From positions 772 to 64,771 of the forward strand of contig JAZUOX010000006.1 in NCBI GenBank assembly GCA_045604905.1: a stretch of 64,000 nucleotides of DNA, given 5' to 3'. Shown in pieces: positions 46,817 through 54,810 of this stretch. Position numbers and translations under genes: made by a program. This DNA comes from Clostridia bacterium (GTDB lineage: Bacteria; Bacillota; Clostridia; UMGS1883). Below the pieces are notes generated by a model that was given only the letters and a program-made list of their open reading frames with translations, made no database searches and was not told where the DNA came from. Every line of letters starts with the position of its first letter. The first letter of the stretch is position 1.

Positions 46817-49067
46817 TCTCTCCGTTTTTTTCTGTTATAGCTACATTTCCCGTATGAATTCCGCGGATAATCATTTCGGAAAGCTTATCTTCAATCTTTC
46901 TGCTTATAAGCCGTCTTAACGGTCTTGCTCCAAGATGCTCTGCCACAGCTTCCTTTACCAGAATATCTTTGACACTGTCTGACACTGATAGCTTAATGCC
47001 TTTACCATCAAGCATATCAGAAAGCTCACATAACATAAGGTCAAGAATTTTACCCATTTCATCATAGTTAAGCTGATCGAACACAACTATTTCGTCAACT
47101 CTGTTCAAAAATTCAGGTCTGAAAATTGCCTTAAGGGCGCGGTGCACCTTATCTTTGTTTTGCTTGGAGGTGCTTTCGGTAAAACCAATACCGCTTCCTT
47201 TCCAGTCACTGCCTGCATTACTTGTCATAACAATAACGGTATTTTCAAAGCTTACAAGCTTTCCGTGACTGTCAGTGATTCTGCCATCGTCAAGTATCTG
47301 CAAAAGTATATTAAGCACATCGGGATGCGCCTTTTCTATTTCGTCAAAAAGCACTACACAGTAGGGCTTTCTTCTTACTTTTTCGGTGAGCTGACCTGCA
47401 TCGTCATAGCCCACATATCCCGGAGGTGAGCCTATAAGCTTTGAAACCGAATGCTTTTCCATATATTCGGTCATATCAACTCTTATAAGAGCGTCTTCAC
47501 TGTCAAAAAGTTCAACAGCAAGCTGTTTTACAAGCTCTGTCTTTCCTACACCGGTAGGTCCTACAAAGATGAAACTTGCCGGACGGAGCTTCTTTGAAAG
47601 TGACGCGCGGTTTCTGCGTATTGCACGGCTGACAGCACTTACGGCATCATTCTGACCGATGATACGCTCGTGCAGACGGTTTTCAAGATTAAGAAGTCTG
47701 TCAGTTTCTGCCTGAGTGATTTTCTTAACGGGGATTTTTGTCCATTCTTCGACAACATATGCAATATCATCTGTTGTAAGTTCAACATCTGCGAGCTGTG
47801 ATTTAAGATTTTCTATTTCTGATTTAAGAGAACATTCCTGAGTCTTGAACTGTGCGATTTTCTCGTAGTCAACCTCTGCATCGTCCGCCTCATTAACACT
47901 TTCTTCTTCCATTTGTGCGTTAAGTGCAGCAAGCTTCTTTTCTGTTCTTGCAAGCTCTGCCAGAATAGCGTTTTTAAGATTAGCGCGGCTTCCTGCTTCG
48001 TCTATAAGGTCAATTGCCTTATCGGGAAGAAAACGGTCCGTGATATATCTTTTGGAAAGCATTACTGCGGCAACGATAACCTCGTCAGAGATTTTTACTT
48101 TGTGATAATTTTCATAATATCCCTTTATTCCTTTTAATACCTCAATTGTTTCGGCAGGGGAGGGTTCTTCAACGATAACCGTCTGGAAACGTCTTTCAAG
48201 AGCGGAGTCTTTTTCAATATTCTTTCTGTATTCTGCAAGAGTTGTTGCGCCTATTACCTGAATTTCGCCTCTTGAAAGAGCAGGCTTTAGGATATTTGCA
48301 GCGCTCATAGCACCTTCGGCATCACCGGCACCTACTATATTGTGCATTTCATCAATAACAAGAATGATGTTACCGAGCTTTTTTGTTTCTTCAATAATTC
48401 CCTTAAGTCTTGCCTCAAACTGACCGCGGTACTGAGTACCTGCAACTATTGCGGTAAAATCAAGCAAGTACACTTCTTTATCAAGTAACTTTTCCGGAAC
48501 AGTACCTTTTGCGATTCTGTCTGCAAAACCTTCGGCAATAGCAGTTTTACCGACACCGGGTTCGCCAAGAAGTGCAGGGTTGTTTTTTGTGCGACGGTTG
48601 AGTATCTGCACAAGCCTTTCTATTTCTCTGTCTCTGCCGACAACCATATCAACAAGTCCGGCTTTTGCTTTTGCAGTGAGGTTTGTTCCATAAGTGTCAA
48701 GAAGCTTCTTCTTTTTTTCAGAATGCTTTTTTCCTTTTTTGTCATCTTTTTTTGTGTTTTCTGCGTCTTCCTGCTTCTTGGGAGGAAATCCCCCGAAAAA
48801 GTTCATAATACCTGCAAAAGGACCTGACGGGTTATCTCCGTCTATTTCAAAAGCCATATCGTCAGGAGTAATTTCCATCATCTCCATCATTTGGCTTTCC
48901 AGGTTTTCCATTTCGGCAGGATCAATGGAGCCTGCAAGCTGCTGCATGGGATTTATCCCAAGCTCTTTAGCACAGGGCATACAAAGCCCCTCGTTAACTG
49001 TTTTGCCGGCTTCCATACGGGTTACAAATATTACAGCAACATTTTTGTTACATCGTGAACATAACAT
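46803..49067 (-). CDS. clpE: ClpE-type AAA+ Clp ATPase (N-terminal zinc ribbon, two AAA modules, ClpP-docking IGF loop)
   Basis: MLCSRCNKN...GLCMPCAKELG (CxxC...CxxC) replaces the Clp_N repeats. Walker A motifs are GEPGVGKT and GPTGVGKT. A short coiled-coil middle domain is present. GSGIGF sits at the ClpP-loop position. The ATG at 49067 is 8 nt after AAAGGA. Confidence 0.88.
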   Translation of the reverse strand: MLCSRCNKNVAVIFVTRMEAGKTVNEGLCMPCAKELGINPMQQLAGSIDPAEMENLESQMMEMMEITPDDMAFEIDGDNPSGPFAGIMNFFGGFPPKKQEDAENTKKDDKKGKKHSEKKKKLLDTYGTNLTAKAKAGLVDMVVGRDREIERLVQILNRRTKNNPALLGEPGVGKTAIAEGFADRIAKGTVPEKLLDKEVYLLDFTAIVAGTQYRGQFEARLKGIIEETKKLGNIILVIDEMHNIVGAGDAEGAMSAANILKPALSRGEIQVIGATTLAEYRKNIEKDSALERRFQTVIVEEPSPAETIEVLKGIKGYYENYHKVKISDEVIVAAVMLSKRYITDRFLPDKAIDLIDEAGSRANLKNAILAELARTEKKLAALNAQMEEESVNEADDAEVDYEKIAQFKTQECSLKSEIENLKSQLADVELTTDDIAYVVEEWTKIPVKKITQAETDRLLNLENRLHERIIGQNDAVSAVSRAIRRNRASLSKKLRPASFIFVGPTGVGKTELVKQLAVELFDSEDALIRVDMTEYMEKHSVSKLIGSPPGYVGYDDAGQLTEKVRRKPYCVVLFDEIEKAHPDVLNILLQILDDGRITDSHGKLVSFENTVIVMTSNAGSDWKGSGIGFTESTSKQNKDKVHRALKAIFRPEFLNRVDEIVVFDQLNYDEMGKILDLMLCELSDMLDGKGIKLSVSDSVKDILVKEAVAEHLGARPLRRLISRKIEDKLSEMIIRGIHTGNVAITEKNGEIVCE

Positions 49068-49100
49068 ACGATTCATCCTTTCAAAGGGTTCTAAATAAAC

Positions 49101-49129
49101 ATTATATCATAAGAAAAAAGAAAGTTCAA
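49101..49129 (-). promoter_or_regulatory. Candidate sigma-A promoter of clpE
   Basis: On the minus strand: TTGAAC (49129-49124), 17-nt spacer, TATAAT (49106-49101). Confidence 0.5.
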
Positions 49130-49193
49130 ATAAAATATTAAAATATTAAAAATCTGTTTACTAAAAAAATTTAAAAATTTTTAAAAAAAGATG

Positions 49194-49222
49194 TTGACAA
49201 GTCAAAAGTCATCTGTTATAAT
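49194..49222 (+). promoter_or_regulatory. Consensus sigma-A promoter of the tRNA-Leu gene
   Basis: TTGACA (49194-49199), exactly 17 nt, TATAAT (49217-49222), preceded by an A/T-rich UP-like tract. Confidence 0.8.
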
Positions 49223-49255
49223 AAGCTACGTTGTCACGAGATGACACATCGATAT

Positions 49256-49338
49256 GCGAGAGTGGCGGAATCGGCAGACGCGCACGTTTAAGGTGCGTGT
49301 GGGAGACCATACGGGTTCAAGTCCCGTCTCTCGCACCA
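49256..49338 (+). tRNA. tRNA-Leu (class II, long variable arm, encoded CCA); the anticodon loop UUAAGGU gives anticodon AAG
   Basis: Acceptor GCGAGAG/CTCTCGC. D arm GCG-GAATCGGCAGA-CGC. Anticodon stem CACGT/GCGTG with loop TTAAGGT. Variable arm TGG-GAGA-CCA. T arm ACGGG-TTCAAGT-CCCGT, then ACCA. Position for position collinear with E. coli tRNA-Leu(CAG) as recalled. Confidence 0.9.
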
Positions 49339-49344
49339 TAAAAA

Positions 49345-49381
49345 GAAGACATCAACCGAAAGGTTGGTGTCTTTCTTTTTA
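49345..49381 (+). terminator. Rho-independent terminator after tRNA-Leu
   Basis: GAAGACATCAACC-GAAA-GGTTGGTGTCTTT followed by CTTTTT. Confidence 0.85.
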
Positions 49382-49443
49382 TGTATAAAATGAAAGGGAC
49401 TTGAAGCCTATACTAAATAAAATATCCCCGTTACAATTAATTC

Positions 49444-49472
49444 TTGACAAATTACCCATACTTATGATAATA
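49444..49472 (+). promoter_or_regulatory. Promoter of the pheST T-box leader
   Basis: TTGACA (49444-49449) with a GATAAT/ATAATA -10 at 49466-49472 (16-17-nt spacer). Confidence 0.65.
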
Positions 49473-49484
49473 TATCTGCATATG

Positions 49485-49724
49485 GCGATGAATGTGTGTA
49501 AGTAGAGTTTGCATCACCTTTCATAGAGAGGGGGTGTCACCGGCTGTAAGCACCCTTGTAAGGAGCAGGCTTGAATTTCAGCACAGGAGCTTTCTGCGAA
49601 AAGTACGTTTGTACGTTAAGCAGAACGTGATGCTGCGTCAATGCAAAAGAGTGCAGGACATTTGTTCTGAATAAGGGTGGTACCGCGAGTCTCCTCGTCC
49701 CTTTGTGGACGGGGAGCTTTTTTG
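49485..49724 (+). promoter_or_regulatory. T-box riboswitch leader, Phe specifier (UUC), with terminator/antiterminator
   Basis: AGAGA box (~49526). Specifier-loop GAAUUUCA with UUC at 49577-49579 followed by A. Conserved T-box AAUAAGGGUGGUACCGCG (49670-49687). Terminator CTCCTCGTCC-CTTTGT-GGACGGGGAG plus TTTTTT (49691-49724). Confidence 0.9.
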
Positions 49725-49800
49725 TTTTGTATTTTTTGCAAAAAACCACCTTTGGTGGACATAGGCTAATGATACAGAACGGAAAGTATGTATTATATAA

Positions 49801-49923
49801 GTTCGAAATTCGAAATGACGGAGGATTTTCTCCGTGAGAAAATCTTTTTATAAAAAGGGATTTTTTGCTTCGGCAAAAAATTACCTTCATTCCGCACTTC
49901 GCACTCCGAATTTCGCATTTAAC
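49801..49923. repeat. Heptamer-arm inverted-repeat element, copy C (compact, complete), inserted between the T-box terminator and pheS
   Basis: The left arm GTTCGAAATTCGAAATGA (49801-49818) is identical to 9962-9979. The interior holds two hairpins, including TTTTTTGC-UUCG-GCAAAAAA (49861-49880). The right arm is TTACCTTCATTCCGCACTTCGCACTCCGAATTTCGCATT (49881-49919). Confidence 0.8.
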
Positions 49924-50004
49924 AAATTGCATTTGTGAACTGAATATTTTTTTATTAACCAGTTGATTGAAAAACAATTTTACATATATTATAGGAGGAT
50001 TTTT

Positions 50005-51036
50005 ATGAACAGCAAAGTTTCAGAAATCAAAGCTCTGTTTGACGAGAAAATCGCCTCTGTTACTTCTTCCGATAATGTTGAAGAATTAAGAGTTGAATTC
50101 CTCGGCAAAAAGGGTTATGTAGCAGGACTTATGGGCGAACTCAAGAATATTCCCAATGAGGAAAAGAAAGAGTTCGGTCAGGTAGTTAACGTAATCAAGC
50201 AGGAGATTGAGGTGGCTATCACTTCAAGAAAAGCCGAGCTGCTTAAAGAAGAGCAGGAAAGAATCATCAACAGTGCGGAAGTGTATGACGAGTCGCTTCC
50301 TTATCATATTCAGACAGGTTCTTATCATCCCATCACTCTTGTGCAGCGTGACCTCGAAAGAATTTTCGCAAGTATGGGCTTCACAATCGAGGATTATTCC
50401 GAAATTGTTGACGACTACCACTGCTTCGAGGCGCTTAATATTCCCAAGCATCACCCCGCGCGTGATATGCAGGATACTTACTACTTAAGCACTGAAAATC
50501 AGCTTCTCAAGACTCATACATCTGCGGCACAGAACGCTATTATGCGTAAGTACGGTGCACCTCTCAGGGCAATTTTCCCCGGAAGATGCTTCCGTAACGA
50601 GTCAACAGATGCCTGTCACGAAAACACATTCTTCCAGATGGAAGGTATTATGATAGATAAGAATATTTCTATTTCTAACCTTATTTACTTTATGAAGACT
50701 AGGCTTTCTGAAGTTTTCCAGAAGGATGTTACAGTTCGTCTTCGTCCTGGTTTCTTCCCATTTGTGGAACCCGGTTTCGAGCTTGATATACAGTGCCTTA
50801 TTTGCGGCGGTGACGGATGTCCCTCTTGTAAAAATTCCGGCTGGCTTGAGCTTTGCCCCTGCGGTATGATTCATCCCAACGTACTTACACACGGTGGTAT
50901 TGATCCCGAGGAATATACGGGCTTCGCATTCGGTCTTGGCCTTACAAGACTTGCAATGATGAAGTACGGAATAAAAGATATCAGAGTATTTAACAGCGGC
51001 AGTCTTAAATCACTGTCACAGTTTAAGAATGAGTAA
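50005..51036 (+). CDS. pheS: Phenylalanine--tRNA ligase alpha subunit
   Basis: Class II aaRS motifs (...HPARDMQDTYY..., ...FPGRCFRNE..., ...GFAFGLGLTRLAM...). The ATG at 50005 follows AGGAGG; the listed 49963 start lacks an RBS. Confidence 0.96.
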   Translation: MNSKVSEIKALFDEKIASVTSSDNVEELRVEFLGKKGYVAGLMGELKNIPNEEKKEFGQVVNVIKQEIEVAITSRKAELLKEEQERIINSAEVYDESLPYHIQTGSYHPITLVQRDLERIFASMGFTIEDYSEIVDDYHCFEALNIPKHHPARDMQDTYYLSTENQLLKTHTSAAQNAIMRKYGAPLRAIFPGRCFRNESTDACHENTFFQMEGIMIDKNISISNLIYFMKTRLSEVFQKDVTVRLRPGFFPFVEPGFELDIQCLICGGDGCPSCKNSGWLELCPCGMIHPNVLTHGGIDPEEYTGFAFGLGLTRLAMMKYGIKDIRVFNSGSLKSLSQFKNE

Positions 51037-51048
51037 GGGGGAAGAGTA

Positions 51049-53409
51049 ATGCTTGTTTCAATGAATTGGATAAAAGAATACGTTGATCTTGAAGGCGAAA
51101 ACCTTCGTGATCTTATTATGAAGTTTACTCTTTCAACTGCAGAGGTTGAGGATATCTTCATTAAAGGTGAAGAAGTTAAAGACGTTGTAGTTGGTGAAAT
51201 CGTTTCTTTTGAAGCGCATCCTAACTCAAAGAAGCTTCATATATTAAAGGTAGACGGCGGCGACAGAATTTATGACTGCGTGTGCGGTGCACCCAATGCG
51301 GCACTTGGTCTTAAGGTTGCTTTTGCAAAGGTAGGGGGCAGTGTTCCCGGCCTTGAGATTGCAGAGCGTGAAGTTGCCGGCTATATGTCAGAGGGTATGT
51401 GCTGCAGCGAGGCAGAGCTTGGCATCAGCGACGAAAACAGTGGTATTATGGAGCTTGATCCCTCTCTTAAAAACGGTACAAACCTTAAGGATATTTTTGC
51501 AATAGATGACGTTGTGTTTGAGGTTGATAACAAATCACTTACAAACCGTCCCGACCTCTGGGGTCACTATGGTATTGCAAGAGAATTTGCGGCTCTTACA
51601 AAGAAGGCTCTCAAGCCTCTTAGTCTCACTGAACCCGATTACAACGGTGACAATAAAATTGATGTTGATGTAGCAAGGAAGGACCTTGTTTACAGATATT
51701 CATGTATGCAGATTGATAATATTAATGAAAGTGTAAGTCCTATGAATATGCGTATCCGACTTTACTACTGCGGTATGCGTGGTATCAATCTTCTTGCAGA
51801 CCTTACAAACTACATTATGCTTGAGCTTGCACAGCCCATGCACGCATTCGATGCAAGAAAGATTGACAAAATCAAAATCGGCACTCCCGATTCAGCTATG
51901 AAGTTTGAAACGCTTGACGGAAATGAACGTGATATAGATACAGACACACTGCTTATCTATAACAACGACACTCCCGTTGCAATCGCAGGTATTATGGGCG
52001 GCCTTGATTCTGAAATCGTTGACGGTACAACCTCTGTTGTGCTTGAATCTGCAAACTTTGACGGTGTAAGTGTAAGAAAGTCTTCTTCAAGACTCGGTCT
52101 TCGTACAGATGCAAGTATGCGTTACGAAAAGACACTTGATCCTGAAATCACAGTTACAGCAATCAAGAGATTTGTAAATCTTCTCCTTTCAATTGACCCC
52201 GGTGCAAAGGTTTCATCGCAGATTACAGATGAATACGTTCAGAAGTATCCCGAAATCAAGCTTTCATTCAAGAAAGCTTATGTTGATAAGTACACAGGTA
52301 TTGAAATTTCTGACGATACAATCCTTACAACTCTTAATCTTCTTGGCTTCAATGCTACGCAGTCTGGGGATGAATTCAGCGTAACAGTTCCCAGTTGGAG
52401 AGCTACCAAGGACGTTACAATCAAGGCTGACATTATCGAAGAAATTACTCGTATTTACGGCTACGACAACTTTGAAATCACAACAACCCAGAGTGACCTT
52501 GTTCCTGTAAGGTCAACTGTTACCCGTCGTGACAGCGAGCTTATCAAGGATATCCTTGTTCAGCGCTATATGCTCAACGAAGTTCACTCATACATCTGGT
52601 GCGACGGTACAAAGTATAAGAAACTTGGTATTGAAGTTGAGGATAATGTTAAGATTCTCAACATCGCAACTCCCGAAAATGCAAATATCCGTAACAGTAT
52701 GCTTCCCACACTTCTTACATTTGCTTATGAGAATAAGCAGTACGCACCCTCGTTCGGTGTGTTTGAAATCGGCAGAGTAGTAGACGGACTTACTGAGGAT
52801 AAGCTTGCAAACGAAAGAAGAAGGCTTGGTATTGTACTTTTTGATAAGGTTTGCGGTGAAAAGGCGCTTTACTTTAAAGCAGTTGAAATCGTTAGATACA
52901 TTTCAGAGCAGCTCCGTCATGAAGAGCCTGTGTTTACAAGAATTGCACCTAAGCATAATTGGCAGCATCCGAAGAACACTTCTTCAATCACAGTGGGCGG
53001 TAAGGAAGTTGGTGTAATCTGCACTCTTCATCCCCAGAATCTCTCTAAACTTGACAAGAACGGTGTTGCCGTTTGCATCGAGATAGATATGGACGACTTT
53101 GCAGTAGCAGAATACACTGCACCTTCGTTTAACGAGCCTTCAAAGTTCCCCGGTGTTGACTACGACCTTTCACTTGTTACAAACGGAGTTAAGTACGGCT
53201 TACTTAAAACTGCTTGGGAAAATGAAAACATTGCAGAGCTTGACGGTGTTACACTTGTTGACACTTACGAGCTTGACGGTGAAATGTCAATCACTCTCCG
53301 CTTTGCATTCTCATCACAGGAAAGAACACTTTCAATGGATGAAATTCAGGTGCATATTGATAAGATAATTGCTAATATTACGGCACTTGGCGCAACAATG
53401 AGAGTATAA
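51049..53409 (+). CDS. pheT: Phenylalanine--tRNA ligase beta subunit
   Basis: 786 aa with N-terminal MLVSMNWIKEYVDL, a tRNA-binding (OB) domain, B3/B4 and B5 domains, and a C-terminal FDX-ACB domain. Confidence 0.96.
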   Translation: MLVSMNWIKEYVDLEGENLRDLIMKFTLSTAEVEDIFIKGEEVKDVVVGEIVSFEAHPNSKKLHILKVDGGDRIYDCVCGAPNAALGLKVAFAKVGGSVPGLEIAEREVAGYMSEGMCCSEAELGISDENSGIMELDPSLKNGTNLKDIFAIDDVVFEVDNKSLTNRPDLWGHYGIAREFAALTKKALKPLSLTEPDYNGDNKIDVDVARKDLVYRYSCMQIDNINESVSPMNMRIRLYYCGMRGINLLADLTNYIMLELAQPMHAFDARKIDKIKIGTPDSAMKFETLDGNERDIDTDTLLIYNNDTPVAIAGIMGGLDSEIVDGTTSVVLESANFDGVSVRKSSSRLGLRTDASMRYEKTLDPEITVTAIKRFVNLLLSIDPGAKVSSQITDEYVQKYPEIKLSFKKAYVDKYTGIEISDDTILTTLNLLGFNATQSGDEFSVTVPSWRATKDVTIKADIIEEITRIYGYDNFEITTTQSDLVPVRSTVTRRDSELIKDILVQRYMLNEVHSYIWCDGTKYKKLGIEVEDNVKILNIATPENANIRNSMLPTLLTFAYENKQYAPSFGVFEIGRVVDGLTEDKLANERRRLGIVLFDKVCGEKALYFKAVEIVRYISEQLRHEEPVFTRIAPKHNWQHPKNTSSITVGGKEVGVICTLHPQNLSKLDKNGVAVCIEIDMDDFAVAEYTAPSFNEPSKFPGVDYDLSLVTNGVKYGLLKTAWENENIAELDGVTLVDTYELDGEMSITLRFAFSSQERTLSMDEIQVHIDKIIANITALGATMRV

Positions 53410-53436
53410 AAGAAAGTAAAATTCATAATGCAACAA

Positions 53437-53477
53437 AAAGCAACTCACTGTGAAAGTTAGTTGCTTTTTGTTTTTTG
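53437..53477 (+). terminator. Rho-independent terminator after pheT
   Basis: AAAGCAACT ... AGTTGCTTT stem followed by TTGTTTTTT. Confidence 0.8.
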
Positions 53478-53479
53478 TA

Positions 53480-53508
53480 TTGACAAATACTGAATACTGT
53501 ATTATAAT
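53480..53508 (+). promoter_or_regulatory. Consensus sigma-A promoter of the M20-SDR-DapA-like-sdaAB-sdaAA-tetR operon
   Basis: TTGACA (53480-53485), 17-nt spacer, TATAAT (53503-53508). Confidence 0.75.
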
Positions 53509-53532
53509 AAAAGTAACTAAATGGTTACTTTT
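53509..53532. promoter_or_regulatory. Palindromic candidate operator immediately downstream of the -10
   Basis: AAAAGTAAC-TAAATG-GTTACTTTT: perfect 9-bp arms with a 6-bp spacer, overlapping the expected transcription start. Confidence 0.5.
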
Positions 53533-53551
53533 GTAAAATGAGGTGAAAAAC

Positions 53552-54808
53552 TTGAAGCAAAAGGTCTTTGACAAAATAGAGGAAAATAAGGATTTTATCT
53601 TTGAAATAGGGGATACCGTTCTTAAAAATCCTGAGCTCGGATTTAAAGAATATAAAACGGCAGAGCTTGTGAAAAAGGTTTTCGAAAAACTTGATATTCC
53701 TTACAGAGACAACCTTGCAATTACCGGCATAAAGGCCACTCTTAAGGGCAGAAGTCACAACCGGAATATCTGCGTTATAGGTGAGATGGACGCAGTTAAA
53801 TGCTATGGACATCCGTATGCAAACAAGGAAAACGGTGCGGCACACGCCTGCGGGCATAACGCACAGGTGGCATCAATGCTTGCTGCTGCAATCGGCCTTA
53901 AGGAAAGTGGCATTATGTCTGAACTTGACGGTGATGTGACATTCTTTGCCGTTCCTGCAGAGGAATTTGTGGAGATTGAGTATCGTGAATCACTTAAGGC
54001 TGACGGTAAACTGACATGGCTCAGCGGTAAGCAGGAATTAATCGAGCTCGGGGAATTTGACGACATTGATATTTCAATGATGGTACATTCTCAGGCAGGG
54101 GTAGAGGGTCCCCATGTGTTCCTTGACGGTTCAAGTCTTGGTTTTATGGCGAAAAATATTGAATTTATCGGAAAAAGTGCCCATGCAAGCACTCCTGCGG
54201 ACGGTGTAAATGCCTTGAATGCGGCAACGCTTGCTCTTATGGGTATTCACGCAAACCGTGAAACCTTCCGCGAAAAGGACAATATCCGTATACACCCAAT
54301 CATTACAAATGGCGGTGATCTTGTAAATGTAGTTCCATCAAGGGTTACTATGGAAACTTATGTGCGCGGGACAAGTACCGAAGCGATCCAAGATGCCGCA
54401 CAGAAGACAGATAATGCTATCCGTGGCGGAGCAATGGCGGTTGGTGCAGAGTGTAAAATTACAGATATTCGCGGATTTGCACCACTTCATCAGGATGTAA
54501 CCTTGGGAAAAGTGTTCCGTGACAACGCACTTTGCTTTGTAACGGAGAATGACATCACACACGGTATGGATATGACCGGCTCTACCGATATGGGTGACCT
54601 TTCGGAGCTTATGCCGTCAATTCAGCCGACAATGGGCGGATTTATGGGAACGGCACATGGAACGGATTTCAACATTTGTGACAAAGAAGCGGCATATACA
54701 ATCCCCGGCAAAATTATGGCTGGTGTTGTAGTAGACCTTCTTACCGATAACGCAAAACTTGCAGAAGAAATAATTGAAAATTTCAATAAAAATAAAAGGG
54801 AGAATTAA
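53552..54808 (+). CDS. M20D-family amidohydrolase (aminoacylase / peptidase M20)
   Basis: ...AAHACGHNAQVA... (the M20D H-x-C-G-H motif) with a typical size and dimerisation-insert pattern. The TTG at 53552 is ~6 nt after GAGGTG; the listed GTG at 53543 sits inside that RBS. Confidence 0.8.
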   Translation: MKQKVFDKIEENKDFIFEIGDTVLKNPELGFKEYKTAELVKKVFEKLDIPYRDNLAITGIKATLKGRSHNRNICVIGEMDAVKCYGHPYANKENGAAHACGHNAQVASMLAAAIGLKESGIMSELDGDVTFFAVPAEEFVEIEYRESLKADGKLTWLSGKQELIELGEFDDIDISMMVHSQAGVEGPHVFLDGSSLGFMAKNIEFIGKSAHASTPADGVNALNAATLALMGIHANRETFREKDNIRIHPIITNGGDLVNVVPSRVTMETYVRGTSTEAIQDAAQKTDNAIRGGAMAVGAECKITDIRGFAPLHQDVTLGKVFRDNALCFVTENDITHGMDMTGSTDMGDLSELMPSIQPTMGGFMGTAHGTDFNICDKEAAYTIPGKIMAGVVVDLLTDNAKLAEEIIENFNKNKREN

Positions 54809-54810
54809 TT

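Noticed and set aside
49077-49193. CtsR operator (tandem GGTCAAA heptads) upstream of clpE
   Set aside because: Only a single poor match (AGTTCAAA) is present, and the second heptad is absent on either strand.
49256-49338. Reading the tRNA anticodon as UAA (ordinary Leu-UUR tRNA) or UUA (ochre suppressor) because the loop region contains TTTAAGG
   Set aside because: Those registers need a 9-nt loop or an anticodon stem with an A.C mismatch and no position-26 nucleotide. The register with a clean 5-6-bp stem and a 7-nt loop puts A-A-G at 34-36, with U33 and G37. The G37 context also fits a CUN reader, not a UUR reader. This still needs tRNAscan confirmation.
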